Source: Callorhinchus milii (lineage: Eukaryota). From it: DNA of 64,000 nt. The translations under genes and the position numbers were made by a program. The stretch lies in contig NW_024704742.1 in assembly GCF_018977255.1 (NCBI RefSeq), forward strand, positions 66,962,001-67,026,000. The letters run 5' to 3'. The notes beneath the pieces are model-generated. The model was not told the DNA's origin, searched no databases, and saw only the letters and a program-made list of their open reading frames with translations. Of this stretch, positions 26,061 through 37,379 are shown one piece after another; the first letter of the stretch is position 1, and the number at the start of each line of letters is the position of its first letter.

Positions 26061-27336
26061 AATAATAATACTTGCGTTTGATATAGCGGCTTATCATGTC
26101 TTTGAGACGTCTCAAAGCGCTTCACAGATACACTGTAAAGTGAATTGACTGTATAGTTTGTGGGTGAAATGAGGCAGCCAATTGCGCACAGAAATATCCC
26201 ACTAACAGTCATGGATTGAGTGACCAATTTATTATTATTATTTTTTTTGAAGGAATTATTATCCCCAGAAAAGTGATCCGCCAATCGACTAACAATAACA
26301 AGATTTCATTTATAGAGCACCTTTCACGTCGGGAGGACGTCCCAAGGCGCTGGACAGTTGGGTCAGGACCCGAGCATTGGGGGGAAATGGTCAGGGTGAG
26401 GGGAGGGAAGGAAGAGAGCGAGGAGGGGGGAAATGGTCAGGGTGAGGGGAGGGAAGGGAAGGGGGGGCGAGGAGGGAAGAAATGGTCAGGGTGAGGGGAG
26501 GGAAGGAGCGAGGAGAGGGTAGAGAGTCGACAGGGGAGCTGAAGGCTCGGTCAAAGAGAAAGGTCTTGAGATCGGCCTTGAAGGAGGAAAGGGAGGAGGC
26601 GGCGAAGGCACTGGGGGATGGAGTTCCAGAGCCTCGGGGCTGAGAGGCTGAAGGCCCGGCCACCGATGGTAGGGCGGTTGGGGCGGGGGATGTGGAGCAG
26701 ACCGGAGCCAGAGGAACGGAGGGTACGGGCAGGTAGGTAGGGGGATAGTAGGTCAGAGAGGTAGGAGGGAGCGAGGCCGTGAATGGCCTTGTAGGTGAGG
26801 ATGAGGATCTTGAATTCGATCCTCTGGGGGATGGAGAGCCAGTGGAGGCGAGCGAGGGTGGGAGTGATGTGGTCCCGAAGCCTGGTGCGGGGCAGTACAC
26901 GAGCTGCAGAGTTCTGAATGACCTGCAGTGTGGAGGGAGGTGCCGGGAAGGCCGGCGAGGAGAGAGTTCCCATAGTCCAGCCTTGAGGTGATAAAGGTGT
27001 GGACCAGAGTTTCAGCAGCGTGAGGGGTGAGGTAGTGCCATAGTCTGGCGATGTTTCGGAGGTGATGGAAGGCGGTGCCAGTTGTGGTGCGGATATGAGG
27101 AAGAAAGGACAGTTCAGGGTCGAACAGAACACCGAGGTTCCTGACTGACTTTGAGAGGTGGAGAGTGCAGCCTTGATTGCTGATGCTGACTAACAACTGG
27201 GTTCCTACTTACTGCTAGGTAAACAGAGGCGTGGAGAGTAAGGAAACTTGCCCAACATTTCGCCCTGCCTGGGAATCAAACCCAAGTCTCTCAATTGCGA
27301 GACAAGTGCTCTAACCACTGAGCTACAAAACTCCCC
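26061..27336 (-). mobile_element. Full-length SINE split by L2 (parts 26061-26295 and 27188-27336)
   Basis: The two halves rejoin at the duplicated gactaacaa. Confidence 0.93.
26296..27187 (-). mobile_element. Young L2 LINE, 5'-truncated, 9-bp TSD
   Basis: VRNLGVLFD..SRLDYGNSLLAGLP..LHWL..FKILILTYKA..LWNSIP; TSD 26287-26295 and 27188-27196; highly similar to 58570-59440. Confidence 0.97.
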
Positions 27337-28289
27337 GTAGTGTGGTGATTTTATTTGTGTAAGGTAGTCTATCTTGTCCAGATGTATGTGGCACTACATC
27401 TTTCCCAGTGCAGTATCTAAACTTTGAAAATACCTTTGAGCTTAGTTTTCTGGCAACATATAACCATTTCAACTTCCATAACCTACAGTCATTTCCCATC
27501 AACATCTCCCTTACATTTACCACATGTTATATTGCACAGGGACAGATGGAATTGTAAAATAATTCTGGATCTTTGCAGATTGAAGGCATACAACAAGCTC
27601 AGCATTCAGTGATTCCTTGAATGCCTTTTAAAGCGTAATAAAGAACATGTTAATTTAAAAACTGGCACTGACATAAGTAATCATGCCAAAGAAACTATTT
27701 GAAACCATAACCCATTCAACATTTTCATGTCAAATTCATTCTGTTAGCTATGACAGCTTTTTAAAAATTATTACGATATTACCTTTTCAGCCATTACTGA
27801 TTGGAGATGTTGGCCAACTCGGGGAACAATTATCCTACTAATTGTTAGTAATTTACCTTAAAAATGTGCTTGTTAGATTTTTAAATCGTCTGCGACTTCA
27901 ATGCTTAAGAATTTTGTGCATCAAGAATGCATACAAATGTTCCCTGTTTTTTAATCTCAACAATATAGTACCAGCACGGCTTCTGGTTTTATTTCAGCAG
28001 AGCTTGATAGCTAAGCAGTTGTATTTTGTTTCTGAATTGGCTCTCCCTTTAGTGTTGCTCTAGTAACAGATAATACACATGGGAGGCAAACTGACTTTGA
28101 GTGTTAGTGTAGTTTGTGCGGAGAACCTGATTCTTCCCACCACAAAAGGGTTTATTGTAGTGTTTAAATTTCAAATTAGATTATCTGTGAATGGAAATAG
28201 TCACGGGGGGAAAAGCACAATAAACTGTACAAACAATAAAAGGCCGTCTCTTTAGCATTGTGACTTTTTTAAAAAAAAATCTGAATCAG

Positions 28290-28590
28290 ACAGAGCGAAG
28301 CTGATCTATACAGACTTGGAAGGTCGCAGATTTGATCCCAGTCTGAATTAACTGATCTGTGCTCTGCTCCCCACAGGATTTCTATATGATCCTAGTCTGG
28401 GGAATAAGAGTTGCCCTCTTATTGCTATTCCAGGGACCCCTGCTGATATACTTTGAGTTTATCCATAGTTTGTGATAATGCCCTCTATAGCCAAAGAGTC
28501 AGCCAACACTGATTTCCTGAGTTCACACCGCAAGACCAGATAGAGAACAGTGGCTGGTGCTGGGATGAACCATACTAAACATATGCCAAT
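28290..28590 (+). mobile_element. LF-SINE-like relic
   Basis: tatacagacttggaaggtcgcagatttgatccc...gctattccagggacccctgctg...gccaacactg; family from recalled consensus. Confidence 0.55.
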
Positions 28591-29011
28591 TTCATTGCGA
28601 GGTTGGGGGTGTAAATAAACCTTTGGAGGAGGAGTACTCACCAATTATACTGATGGTTCAAACCTATAAAAAGAGAGCTCAAGAACAAACAAAATATAGA
28701 CCAACTTTAAGCACACATGTAATCAGGCTGTTGTCCATTTTTTTTCCCTCCCTGGTGGCTAAACTGAATTGTAAACATGAATTTCAAAACAGCCTGCTGG
28801 TGAGGAGCAGTGTGACAACGGAGAAGAAACATTGGCGGCAGTGTTTTAGTGCTGAACTGACATTACAAGATCTGGCTGTCACATTAGGAATAAATTCCAG
28901 CAAGTTTGAATCAAAATTTTAACTTGTGCTAAAAATGCTGATCGAATACCTATTTGTACCTTGAAATGTTAAATTATGTGAAAGCTGTTATGCAAGTCAT
29001 CTTGTTTTTTT

Positions 29012-29205
29012 ATAATAATAATTCTTGCATTTGATATAGCGCCTTATTATGTTATCATTCAAAGTGCTTCACAGGATTTACTGTGCAGTGTAGTGACTAT
29101 ATATTTTGTCAGCAAAAACGACAGCCAATTTGCCCACAGCAATGTCCCACAAATAGTGTTGAAGTGAATAACCAATTTTACTTGGGGGATTGTTGGCCAG
29201 GATAC
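29012..29205 (-). mobile_element. SINE 3' half
   Basis: Tail signature followed by gttggccaggata (Deu-like). Confidence 0.8.
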
Positions 29206-29896
29206 TTATACTGCCAGACATTGAGAGACATGTGAAAATGGTGATTTCCTTCAGAGTTTCCTGGCGAATACCTGATATTTTCCTCATGTGTAATAGGATT
29301 TTGCTCCATAGGAAATTATGAGCATAAACCCGAGTCCTGCCCCTCCAAAGGGGAACGGCACCGCAAAGCATTTGCTGAAATGTGTTGTGGTGAATTGAGG
29401 GTGAGCGAGTGAGCCAAAAAGCATTTGTAATTGGGGCTATATTTTGCCACTGAACTGAAACTGCAGACCCATTGAAACGGATGATTAAGGTGGATATGTT
29501 GTTGGTATTTATGAATTCTAAAACATTTTTTTTGGCTGTTGGAAATATTTGGGTTGAAAATATTGCTTAGGAAAGTGAGTGTCATCGCAAGATAAAGCAC
29601 CTCTAGGCAGAAAAGCAGACAATCGTCACACGGCATCACACGAGGAGACCTTAGCTCCAAGGAGGACTTGGGTTGGAGCCAAGGTCTTGTGAGTCGCAGT
29701 GGGGTAAGTAGATTTCCGTGCAGAAAACAGTTTACATCATAAAGCACCAGTAACACAATCACTTTCCTGAGAGCACTTCTTCAGCTCTGTTATCATCTTT
29801 GGCTTTCAGTGTACAAATTGAAAACAAAACATTTGCGGTTGAAGCAGGATATCTAGGAACTTGGAGGGTTGTATCAGTGTAATTTATGTACAATCA

Positions 29897-30070
29897 TAGT
29901 GGTAGCACTCTGCGTCAGAAGGTGTGGGTTTAAGCCCCTTGTCAGGACTTGGAATCACATAGTCTAAGGCTAAGCTGATACTCCAATGCATTGTCAGAGG
30001 TGCTGTCCTTGAAATAATTTGAGATGGCTTGAAAAGGTGCTATATCAAATGCAAGGATTATTCTTATTAT
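29897..30070 (+). mobile_element. Deu-domain SINE, internally deleted
   Basis: gtggtagcactc..gtcagaaggtgtgggtttaagcccc head joined directly to tail. Confidence 0.65.
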
Positions 30071-30902
30071 TTTATCCGCAAAACAGTGATTGGGAACTTT
30101 CAGTTTGCAGCCTTTCTGTGTGTGTTGGGTGGGGGAGGGGGGGGTTGCAACATCACCTTTCCAATTGAAGCAAAGTTGTATACCATTGCTCTAGTTTTCT
30201 GAAGGGCTGATGTTTTGTGGGAATTTAAAACAATAATAGTTTTTCAGAGATACTTACTTTTCATTGTTCATTTGAAAAATGGGACAAGGCAAAAATGAAA
30301 GGGTCAGAGGCGGGGCCCTGAGCGATGGGAAGCAGGTTCACGCTCATCATTTCCCGTGCGATAAGTTTTAAATCTCATCCGGCCTGGCGTAAGGAGACAA
30401 AGCTATCAGCAAGGGCCATCTGCCCTCTCAACCATAAAGTGTCTGACAACTGAGGACAGGATGCTTAAAGAGAGGGCAAGCAAGTCTTAACATAAAGGGG
30501 AATGGTGTGGGGTGATATGTGTGAGAGAGAGAAAGAGAGAGCTGGAACAAGTGACTCAGCTTAAATATTCTGATTCAAGCCCCGGAGTCTATTGTCTCTC
30601 CCACCTATTAAATTCTCAGATCCCTGAATCAAATATTACTCTGAAGCAACTCTGTGCAAAGAGGCAGCAGCAGGCACTGTCTTGCTTCCCAGTGAGTGTA
30701 TCACACTGTACTTCTGAGGGCAGTCATGGGGAAGCTTCAAAGCCCGAGCTCCCCCAGCCTCCCTTCTGAAAGAATATGTCGTGTTGAGCAGCCTTCTGGA
30801 GTAAACTACAGAATTGTTACGGAAAGGCCATAATAAACGTTGAATCTTTTCGTGGAACAGCTTGTCTTTTATGTAGCCAGCTGACAACTTCTCAGATACT
30901 AC

Positions 30903-31352
30903 AAAGACAACAACTTGCATTTATATGGCGCGCCTCACACAGGATAGTTCTAGAGCACTTGGCAGTGGTGGAACATGACACCGAGCCAGGGGGAGGTGAT
31001 CAAGATTAAGGTCTTCAGGCATGAGCTGAAGATGGGGAAGGAAGGGACAAGGTGGAGGGACAGAGGAAGAGTGTTCCGGAGTTTTGGGGAATAGTGGCTG
31101 AAAGCACGGCCACTGATGGTGGAACGGAGAGCACAAGGAACACGCAGAAGGCCAGAGCCAGTCGAGCGGAGGCAGCTGGTAGTGAGTTGTGTGGGGGTAA
31201 GCAGGTTAGAGAGGTAGGGAGGTGCCAGGGTATGACGGGATTTTAAAACGAGTGTGAGGATTTTGAAATTGATCTGTTAGGTGATAGGGTGATAGTGGAG
31301 CCTGGCTAGAACTGGTGAGATGGGGGTACAAAGTTTAGCATGCGGGCGGCAG
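30903..31352 (-). mobile_element. Older L2 3' fragment
   Basis: acaacaacttgcatttatatggcg tail; same subfamily as 54320-54660. Confidence 0.8.
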
Positions 31353-31620
31353 ATATTGTAGCACTGAACCGGTCAATAAATTGAATTCAGTTATAATGGT
31401 GAAGAAATGGTGTTCAGGGTAACTCACACAGATATCTGGAATATTGCTGTTGATCATTGAGCAGAGGTGACAGTTGGTTTTCTACCAATTTTTAATTGAC
31501 GCTGATAGTGCTAGGAAGATTTTTTTTCAGATTATTTTGTTTTGCATTTGAATTCCACCTGCTATTCTGCACCCTTTCCTCTTTCCTAATTTTCAGAGCA
31601 ACTAGTAACTTGCTCAATGG

Positions 31621-31835
31621 ATAGCAGTATAACCGGGATGAACTGTACAGTGTTGATCTGGGCACCTCACATTGTTTGACCTTGATTGAATAGCTTAGGA
31701 GAGGCAGTGATCTTTGCTTGCAATGCTGGGCTGTGCGAGGACCTTGATGATCGTGAAGGTTCCAGACTTCTCTCATTACTGCAGTGAAGTCTGGAGTGTT
31801 AGAATAATTTTATAATCTGTTCCGTGAACATATTT
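31621..31835. repeat. 215-bp duplicated segment, copy A
   Basis: 7 substitutions and no indels versus 42993-43207 by manual alignment. Confidence 0.97.
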
Positions 31836-31849
31836 GCATTAATAGTAAT

Positions 31850-32217
31850 TATAATAATAATCTTTGCATTTGATATAGCACCTTATCATGTCTTTAAGAC
31901 TTCGCAAATTGCTTCACAGAATATACTGTAAAATGAATTGACTGTTTTGTGGGCGAAACACGGCAGCGAATTGAGCACAGTAGTGTCCCATAAACAGTTG
32001 TGGATTGAGTGATCAAATTATTATTTTTAAAAATATATATTTGAAGGGATTTTTACCCCGGAAAGTGATCCGCCAATCCACTAACAACCTACTGCTAGCT
32101 AAACAGAGGCATGTGGAGTAAGAAAACTTGCTTAAGGTTTCTCTCTGCCTGGGAATTGAACCCAGGTCCTCTCGCTTGCGAGGCGAATGCTCTAACCAAT
32201 ACACTACAGGACTACAC
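31850..32217 (-). mobile_element. Full-length tRNA-derived SINE, long form
   Basis: Tail, body and head gggaattgaacccagg...ctacaggactacac. Confidence 0.95.
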
Positions 32218-33299
32218 ACATAATCAATTGATCACTTATGCTCATGTTTTTATGACCAAGTCATTCAGCTTCTGTTGTGCAGTGTTTTTCGTTTGATTCC
32301 TCTGGGTGGTCAGGGAAATGTTCTACAGATCATTCCCTCAGAAGGTTCAATACAGAAGTCACAAAGCATGACAGAGTACATTGTACATGATCTGTGGCGA
32401 GGTGGTCTGATGGGCGATGGGCTGAATTATCCTTGTTACCACCGCACTATGCAGATGCATCCATATATTTGGTATGCAAGCAGGTATGGTAATCTAACAT
32501 TGTTGCAGAAAACAAAATGACACTGAAGACAATGTACAGTTTGTTGGCTGGGCAACTTAATGCACAGTGTTTGCTTAAATGGTCTTTGGGAAGGGTTGGG
32601 TCTGTTGTAATCTGTAAAAGCCTTCAGGAACTTTTCTTAGTTTGTAGGCTTTGTGCAGGCCTATTCTAACAACGAATGAGATCTTCACTGTTTTTGGGAA
32701 ACAGTAGCTTTTCACAGTAGCAAGGACCATTAACCTGAATCATCAATGTGATCTGTGTCATTTGATGTATAACTACACAGATTCCAGTTACATAGCAATA
32801 TTATGATTCGGATACTGCCTTCAGCTAATTCATCCATTTAGTTTATTAACAGAGAGAGAGAGATTAAACAATACAGAGCTAGTAATAAATAATGCATGAT
32901 TACAAATGCTAAGAAATATTTTGAAACAAGTCTTTGATTGAATCTTACAGCAGTGCAAAAAGCTTTGAAAAAGACCTCTGTTTCACAATGTATCAACCAC
33001 TGGAACGATGCCTTTCCAACTGAAAGCCACAGTCAGTTGAAGAATTAGGGAAAGATCCTTCAACTCTACAAAGTTGAAACTCTACAAAGTTTAAATTCTT
33101 TAATCCACTATCAGTGATAACAATGATACTGCTTGAGAACAAACTATATCAGATTGTATCTAAATGCTTTCTTTCTCCCCCTCCCCAATCCAACGCTTTA
33201 TTTGTCGTTTTGATTCAGTAAGCCACTATAAAATGATTTTAGAGTTCGGGTTGCTTACTCCAAGATTGTTTCTTTATAGGTAGGCAAGCTTATTCTGTG

Positions 33300-33645
33300 T
33301 TGGACAGGCTTAGTTGGTAGCACATTTGCCTTTAAAACAGAAGGTTGTCGTGGGTTCAAGCCCCATGTCTCGATTTTGAAATTGAGTGATGTAAGCTGTT
33401 ACTTTTGTGCAGTGCTGGGGGAATGTGGCATTGTCAGAGTTGTGGTCCTTTGGATGAGATGTTAAACTGAGATCCCATTTGGGTGGGCATTAAAGATCCC
33501 ATGACATTATTTGAAAACAGAAGAGAGGATCTCCTGGTGCTCTGGCCAACTCCCATCTCTCAAAATGAGATTGGTCTCATAATAACATAATAATAATAAC
33601 GTAATGGCTGTTTGTGGGGCAATACTGTGCACAAATTGGTTCCAG
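33300..33645 (+). mobile_element. Deu-domain SINE (SacSINE1-like)
   Basis: tRNA-like head ggtagcac..gggttcaagcccc; core cctttggatgagatgttaaactgag..aaagatcccatgac..ctcctggtgctctggccaac. Confidence 0.75.
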
Positions 33646-34924
33646 ATGGGCCAGTAATTAACAATGTTTGACAGATCAAGAATGTTTTGTTTGAGGACAG
33701 GGTAATGACAGTGGTTTAGAGGGGGAGCAGGATGGTGCTGGCGGAGAGGAAGCAGGCAAAAGGATGTTGTCTATTTGATGCGATGAAGTCCAGAACCTCT
33801 TCTCTTTGGCATCTGAGGTGAGGATGGCGTGTGCTTGAAGAGGGGCTCAGAGGAGGTGATGTCTGGTGGGAAATGGGAGCTTGGGATGGTTTTTGGGAGG
33901 GGCCCAAAACTCCTGATTGTCCAGCGTCCTGGGACATCTTTTCAACGTGAAAGATGCTATACAAGTGTAAGTTGTTGTTTTTGAACTCCAGGGTAGTGTT
34001 CGAGTAAAATGCAGCATTGGCTTTCTTATCATCATCTATCTGATTCCCTTTTAAAAGAATAGGTCACCCTATGATGTACATTCAATTCTCCTAAAACTCT
34101 AGTCATATTTCAGAAAAATAATGTACTATTTGAATGTTCACTCGAGCTCTGCCAGCCATACTAACACTCATTGAAGTCATCACTCCTGTAAATTGTCACC
34201 GCGAGTGTAATAGTGCCAGCCCACCAAAATTGTTCTGTCAGGAGTTTGTGGAAGCGAAATCATCTTGATGTGCCTTTGTAAGTGCAATTCTTTGTTGAAT
34301 GTGAATATTAGATAATGTACATCTTTCTCTCATTTGTTGTTTCACCAAGAGCCACAGGTATCTCATTTTGAAACAACATATTTATGCAAAAAATAAATTG
34401 CTTCAGACAGTATGTACTGGTTGAAAATTTTGCAGCGTTCCTTTTGACGAGAACTGTACCTTGAAAACCATCACTAAATGTAGCAGTATATATTTTCTAC
34501 TCCGTACGCAAACTTGCATCATAATACTGTAGTAATTGCATTGACTGTTTAGAAGCAGAGTCTAATGTGTGGCAAATGGTTTTCACTGAGCCGTGTAGGT
34601 ATGATTATGTTGCCAGTGAAATTCTAATGGTGAAAGGAAAACTTGTAAATCAAGCATGAAATAAGCATGAGCAAAGAAAAATCATTTTGTCTCCAGTCAT
34701 CCGTTTCTTCCTGGCATAGCATTTGTTCACCTTTACATATGCTAACCTGTTTTGTTGCAAACAAGAAGACAAGTATCGTTTGTGTGACTAATGTTTTTTG
34801 CGTTTTTAAAAAAAAATCACTTTGAGATGATTCCATCGTGAGTTGGTGTCGCAGCAGGTTTTGGCAAAGAGCAGTGAGGCTCATTGCAGGTTCGTCTTGT
34901 TAATAACTCCACCCCCCCCCAAAA

Positions 34925-35189
34925 AAAAGGTGCTCGGGCCTTCAGCCTCTTTGCCCCCACCCTTTGCAACTCCATCCCACAGTCTGTTAGCCTCGCCCAC
35001 TCCCTTGCCTCCTTCAAAGCCTGTCTCACAACCCTCCTCTTCGAATGTGCGACTAGTCATCCTACTACCCCTGCCCTCCACCCCACCTGATCCCAACCCC
35101 CAGCTGGGATCAAATCCCTAACTGTCCAACGCCTTGGGATGTCCTCTTGACGTGAAAGGTGCTGTACAAATGTAATATGTTGTTGTTGA
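34925..35189 (+). mobile_element. L2 3' fragment
   Basis: RAFSLFAPTLCNSIP; L2 end with (TTG)n. Confidence 0.9.
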
Positions 35190-35214
35190 TACAAGCACCT
35201 AAAATAGCACTGCC

Positions 35215-35405
35215 AACCCTCCATTTCTCCCTTTCAAGTGACCATTCTGCATTGTCAGCCTCGACTGGACTGGTGGAAGGCTAGACTGTAGAAGGCATAA
35301 CAGCCTGAACCTATTCTTACCCAACACTCTGGATGGGAACTCGCTCCTGTTTACTTTGGTTGAGAGTAATAGCACAAACCACCAACTGAACCTTCAACCT
35401 GTACG
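35215..35405 (-). mobile_element. LF-SINE-like relic
   Basis: rc gggtaagaataggttcaggctgttatgcc...agaatggtcacttg. Confidence 0.45.
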
Positions 35406-35519
35406 GACATGACACTGAGTACTTGGCCATTACAGAGAAACCAGACATATTAACTTATATATTAACTTGCTATCAGACATTTTTCTGTATTATGAATATA
35501 CAATGGAATACAAATTAAG

Positions 35520-36050
35520 ATTTCTATAGTGCGAAAGGGTATCCCAAGGCACAAGGTGGTTTATGGTTTGCTCCTGAGCTCGGGGTGGGGGTGAAGTGAT
35601 GGGATTTGGGAAGGGGGCAGATGGTCAAAGAGGAAGATCTTGAGGTGGATCTTGAAGGTGAGGCAAGGAGTGAGTCTGGAACTCCGGGATGGAGTTCCAG
35701 AGTGGGGGCAGTCACGCTGAAAGTCTGACCTCTGATGGTGAAGCGGAGGACATGAAGCAGGCTGATGCTTGCTGAGTTGAGGAAGCAGTTGGGTTGGTAG
35801 GGTTTGAGGAGATCACAGAGGTAGAGTGGGACAAGAATATGTAAACATATAAAAGTTAGGTTGAAGAATTTGATCCGCTGGGGGAAAGGGAGCCTGTGGA
35901 GCCAGACGAAGATGGGAGTGGTAGGGTCGGGGCGTCTAATGCAAGAAAGGACACTAGCTGTAGGGTTCTGGATAGTCTGTAGCTTGTGAAAGGAAGAGGT
36001 AGGTAGTCCACAAGCAGAGAGTCAGTGTAATCTAGCCCGGCCGTGATAAA
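35520..36050 (-). mobile_element. L2 3' fragment, degraded
   Basis: gggatggagttccagagtgggggc and upstream homology to L2 ORF2. Confidence 0.82.
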
Positions 36051-36334
36051 TCTTTACTGCAGACTTCTGTGTTGATGTGTGTTTTTTAATTTCGTGAAAG
36101 ATGATTCACAAATTATAACAGCATGTTAATCCCGAATGGGATGAGGGGTCAGAGTTGTAACTTATTTAATGCTTCTGAAGAAGTAATGTCCAAATTCTTT
36201 GCTCACTCCATCCGCTTGGTATTTTGATAATAACTTGCATTTATACAATACATCAATACATGTAAAGTAAACATCTTGAAGCAATTTACAAAATAAAATT
36301 GATTCATAGAATTGATTGCACAATTAATTGATGC

Positions 36335-36600
36335 TCACATTTGATATAGCCTTTTCACTTTGGGAGGGCATCTCAAAGCACTTCATAGGATATACTATAA
36401 AGTGCAGTGACTGTATTTTGTAGGCGAACAAAGCAGCCAATTTTTGCATGTGTGGGGTGATGCTGCATAAGGATTGGAGCATGAGGATGAGGATCTTGAA
36501 TTTGATCTGCTGGGGAATGGGGAGCCACAGGAGCCAAGCCAGCAGAGGTGGGGGTGATGGGTTTGCAGAGCCTGATGTGGGAGTGGACTTGGACTGCAGA
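36335..36600 (-). mobile_element. SINE tail fused to an L2 fragment
   Basis: WLPIPQQIKFKILIL in ORF 36324..36767, followed by SINE 3' sequence. Confidence 0.75.
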
Positions 36601-37379
36601 ATTTCAGATGGAATTAGGAGGGAGGATTTCGGGAATAACTCATTGGTATAATTGTTGGAATGGACTTGGGGAAAAAAACAGAAAGAAACCGTTGTTAAAT
36701 AATGACCAGAACATTCCTGAAGAACTTTTACGTGGAATCTTGAACCACAGAGGAAATAGGGGAGCAAAAGTGGTTTGATCTAAGTGTTTAACTTAAAATG
36801 GTTTTGAGAAAAACACAATTAAATCCCATTTGTCATGGGAGAATTTTACAAGGTCTGTGCCACACATAGATTAATTGGCACACATTCTTTTGGAACATTT
36901 GATGTCGAACAGCTGAACTTCACTGGTTTTCTTTGCAGCAACTCCTTTTGGATGAGGGTCTGATCCTAATTGCTATGGCGATGGTATTCCATTGTAATGT
37001 GAAGTTAATATGGCTTTGCCCCTTCAAGCATTTATCCATCTGTTTTCTGTGCATTCTTTATTTAGACATTTGTACTTCTTTTGGAATTAAGATATTGGGG
37101 TTTGCCAAAAAACGTCCAGAGAGCAACTTGTATTGTACGAATGTCACTGTTCATTTTCCCACACTAGATATTTGATGACTCTGAGATTAGCCAACTATTT
37201 CACAACTAACATCTTTGTTGTTCAGCCAATCTGGCCTGGATTTGAATTTGCTCTCAGAGGTGAAAGGCTAATATTTTAATCAATCCATTCCCCCTGTGTG
37301 GTCTGAACTTCCGATTTGTCTTAAAGTAAATAATTTTAAAAAAACATTGAAAATTACATCTTCTTAGACACTCCACAAC

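Noticed and set aside
26378..26520. Repeat-spacer pattern resembling a CRISPR array
   Set aside because: Eukaryotic context; the units are a minisatellite inside an L2 and the spacers are not unique
31740..31835. snoRNA inside the 215-bp duplicate
   Set aside because: TGATGA is present but there is no terminal CTGA; the ANANNA and ACA spacing leaves no room for a second hairpin
33061..33092. Short tandem duplications (also near 10930, 11311 and 19029)
   Set aside because: Ordinary slippage events of 10-16 bp
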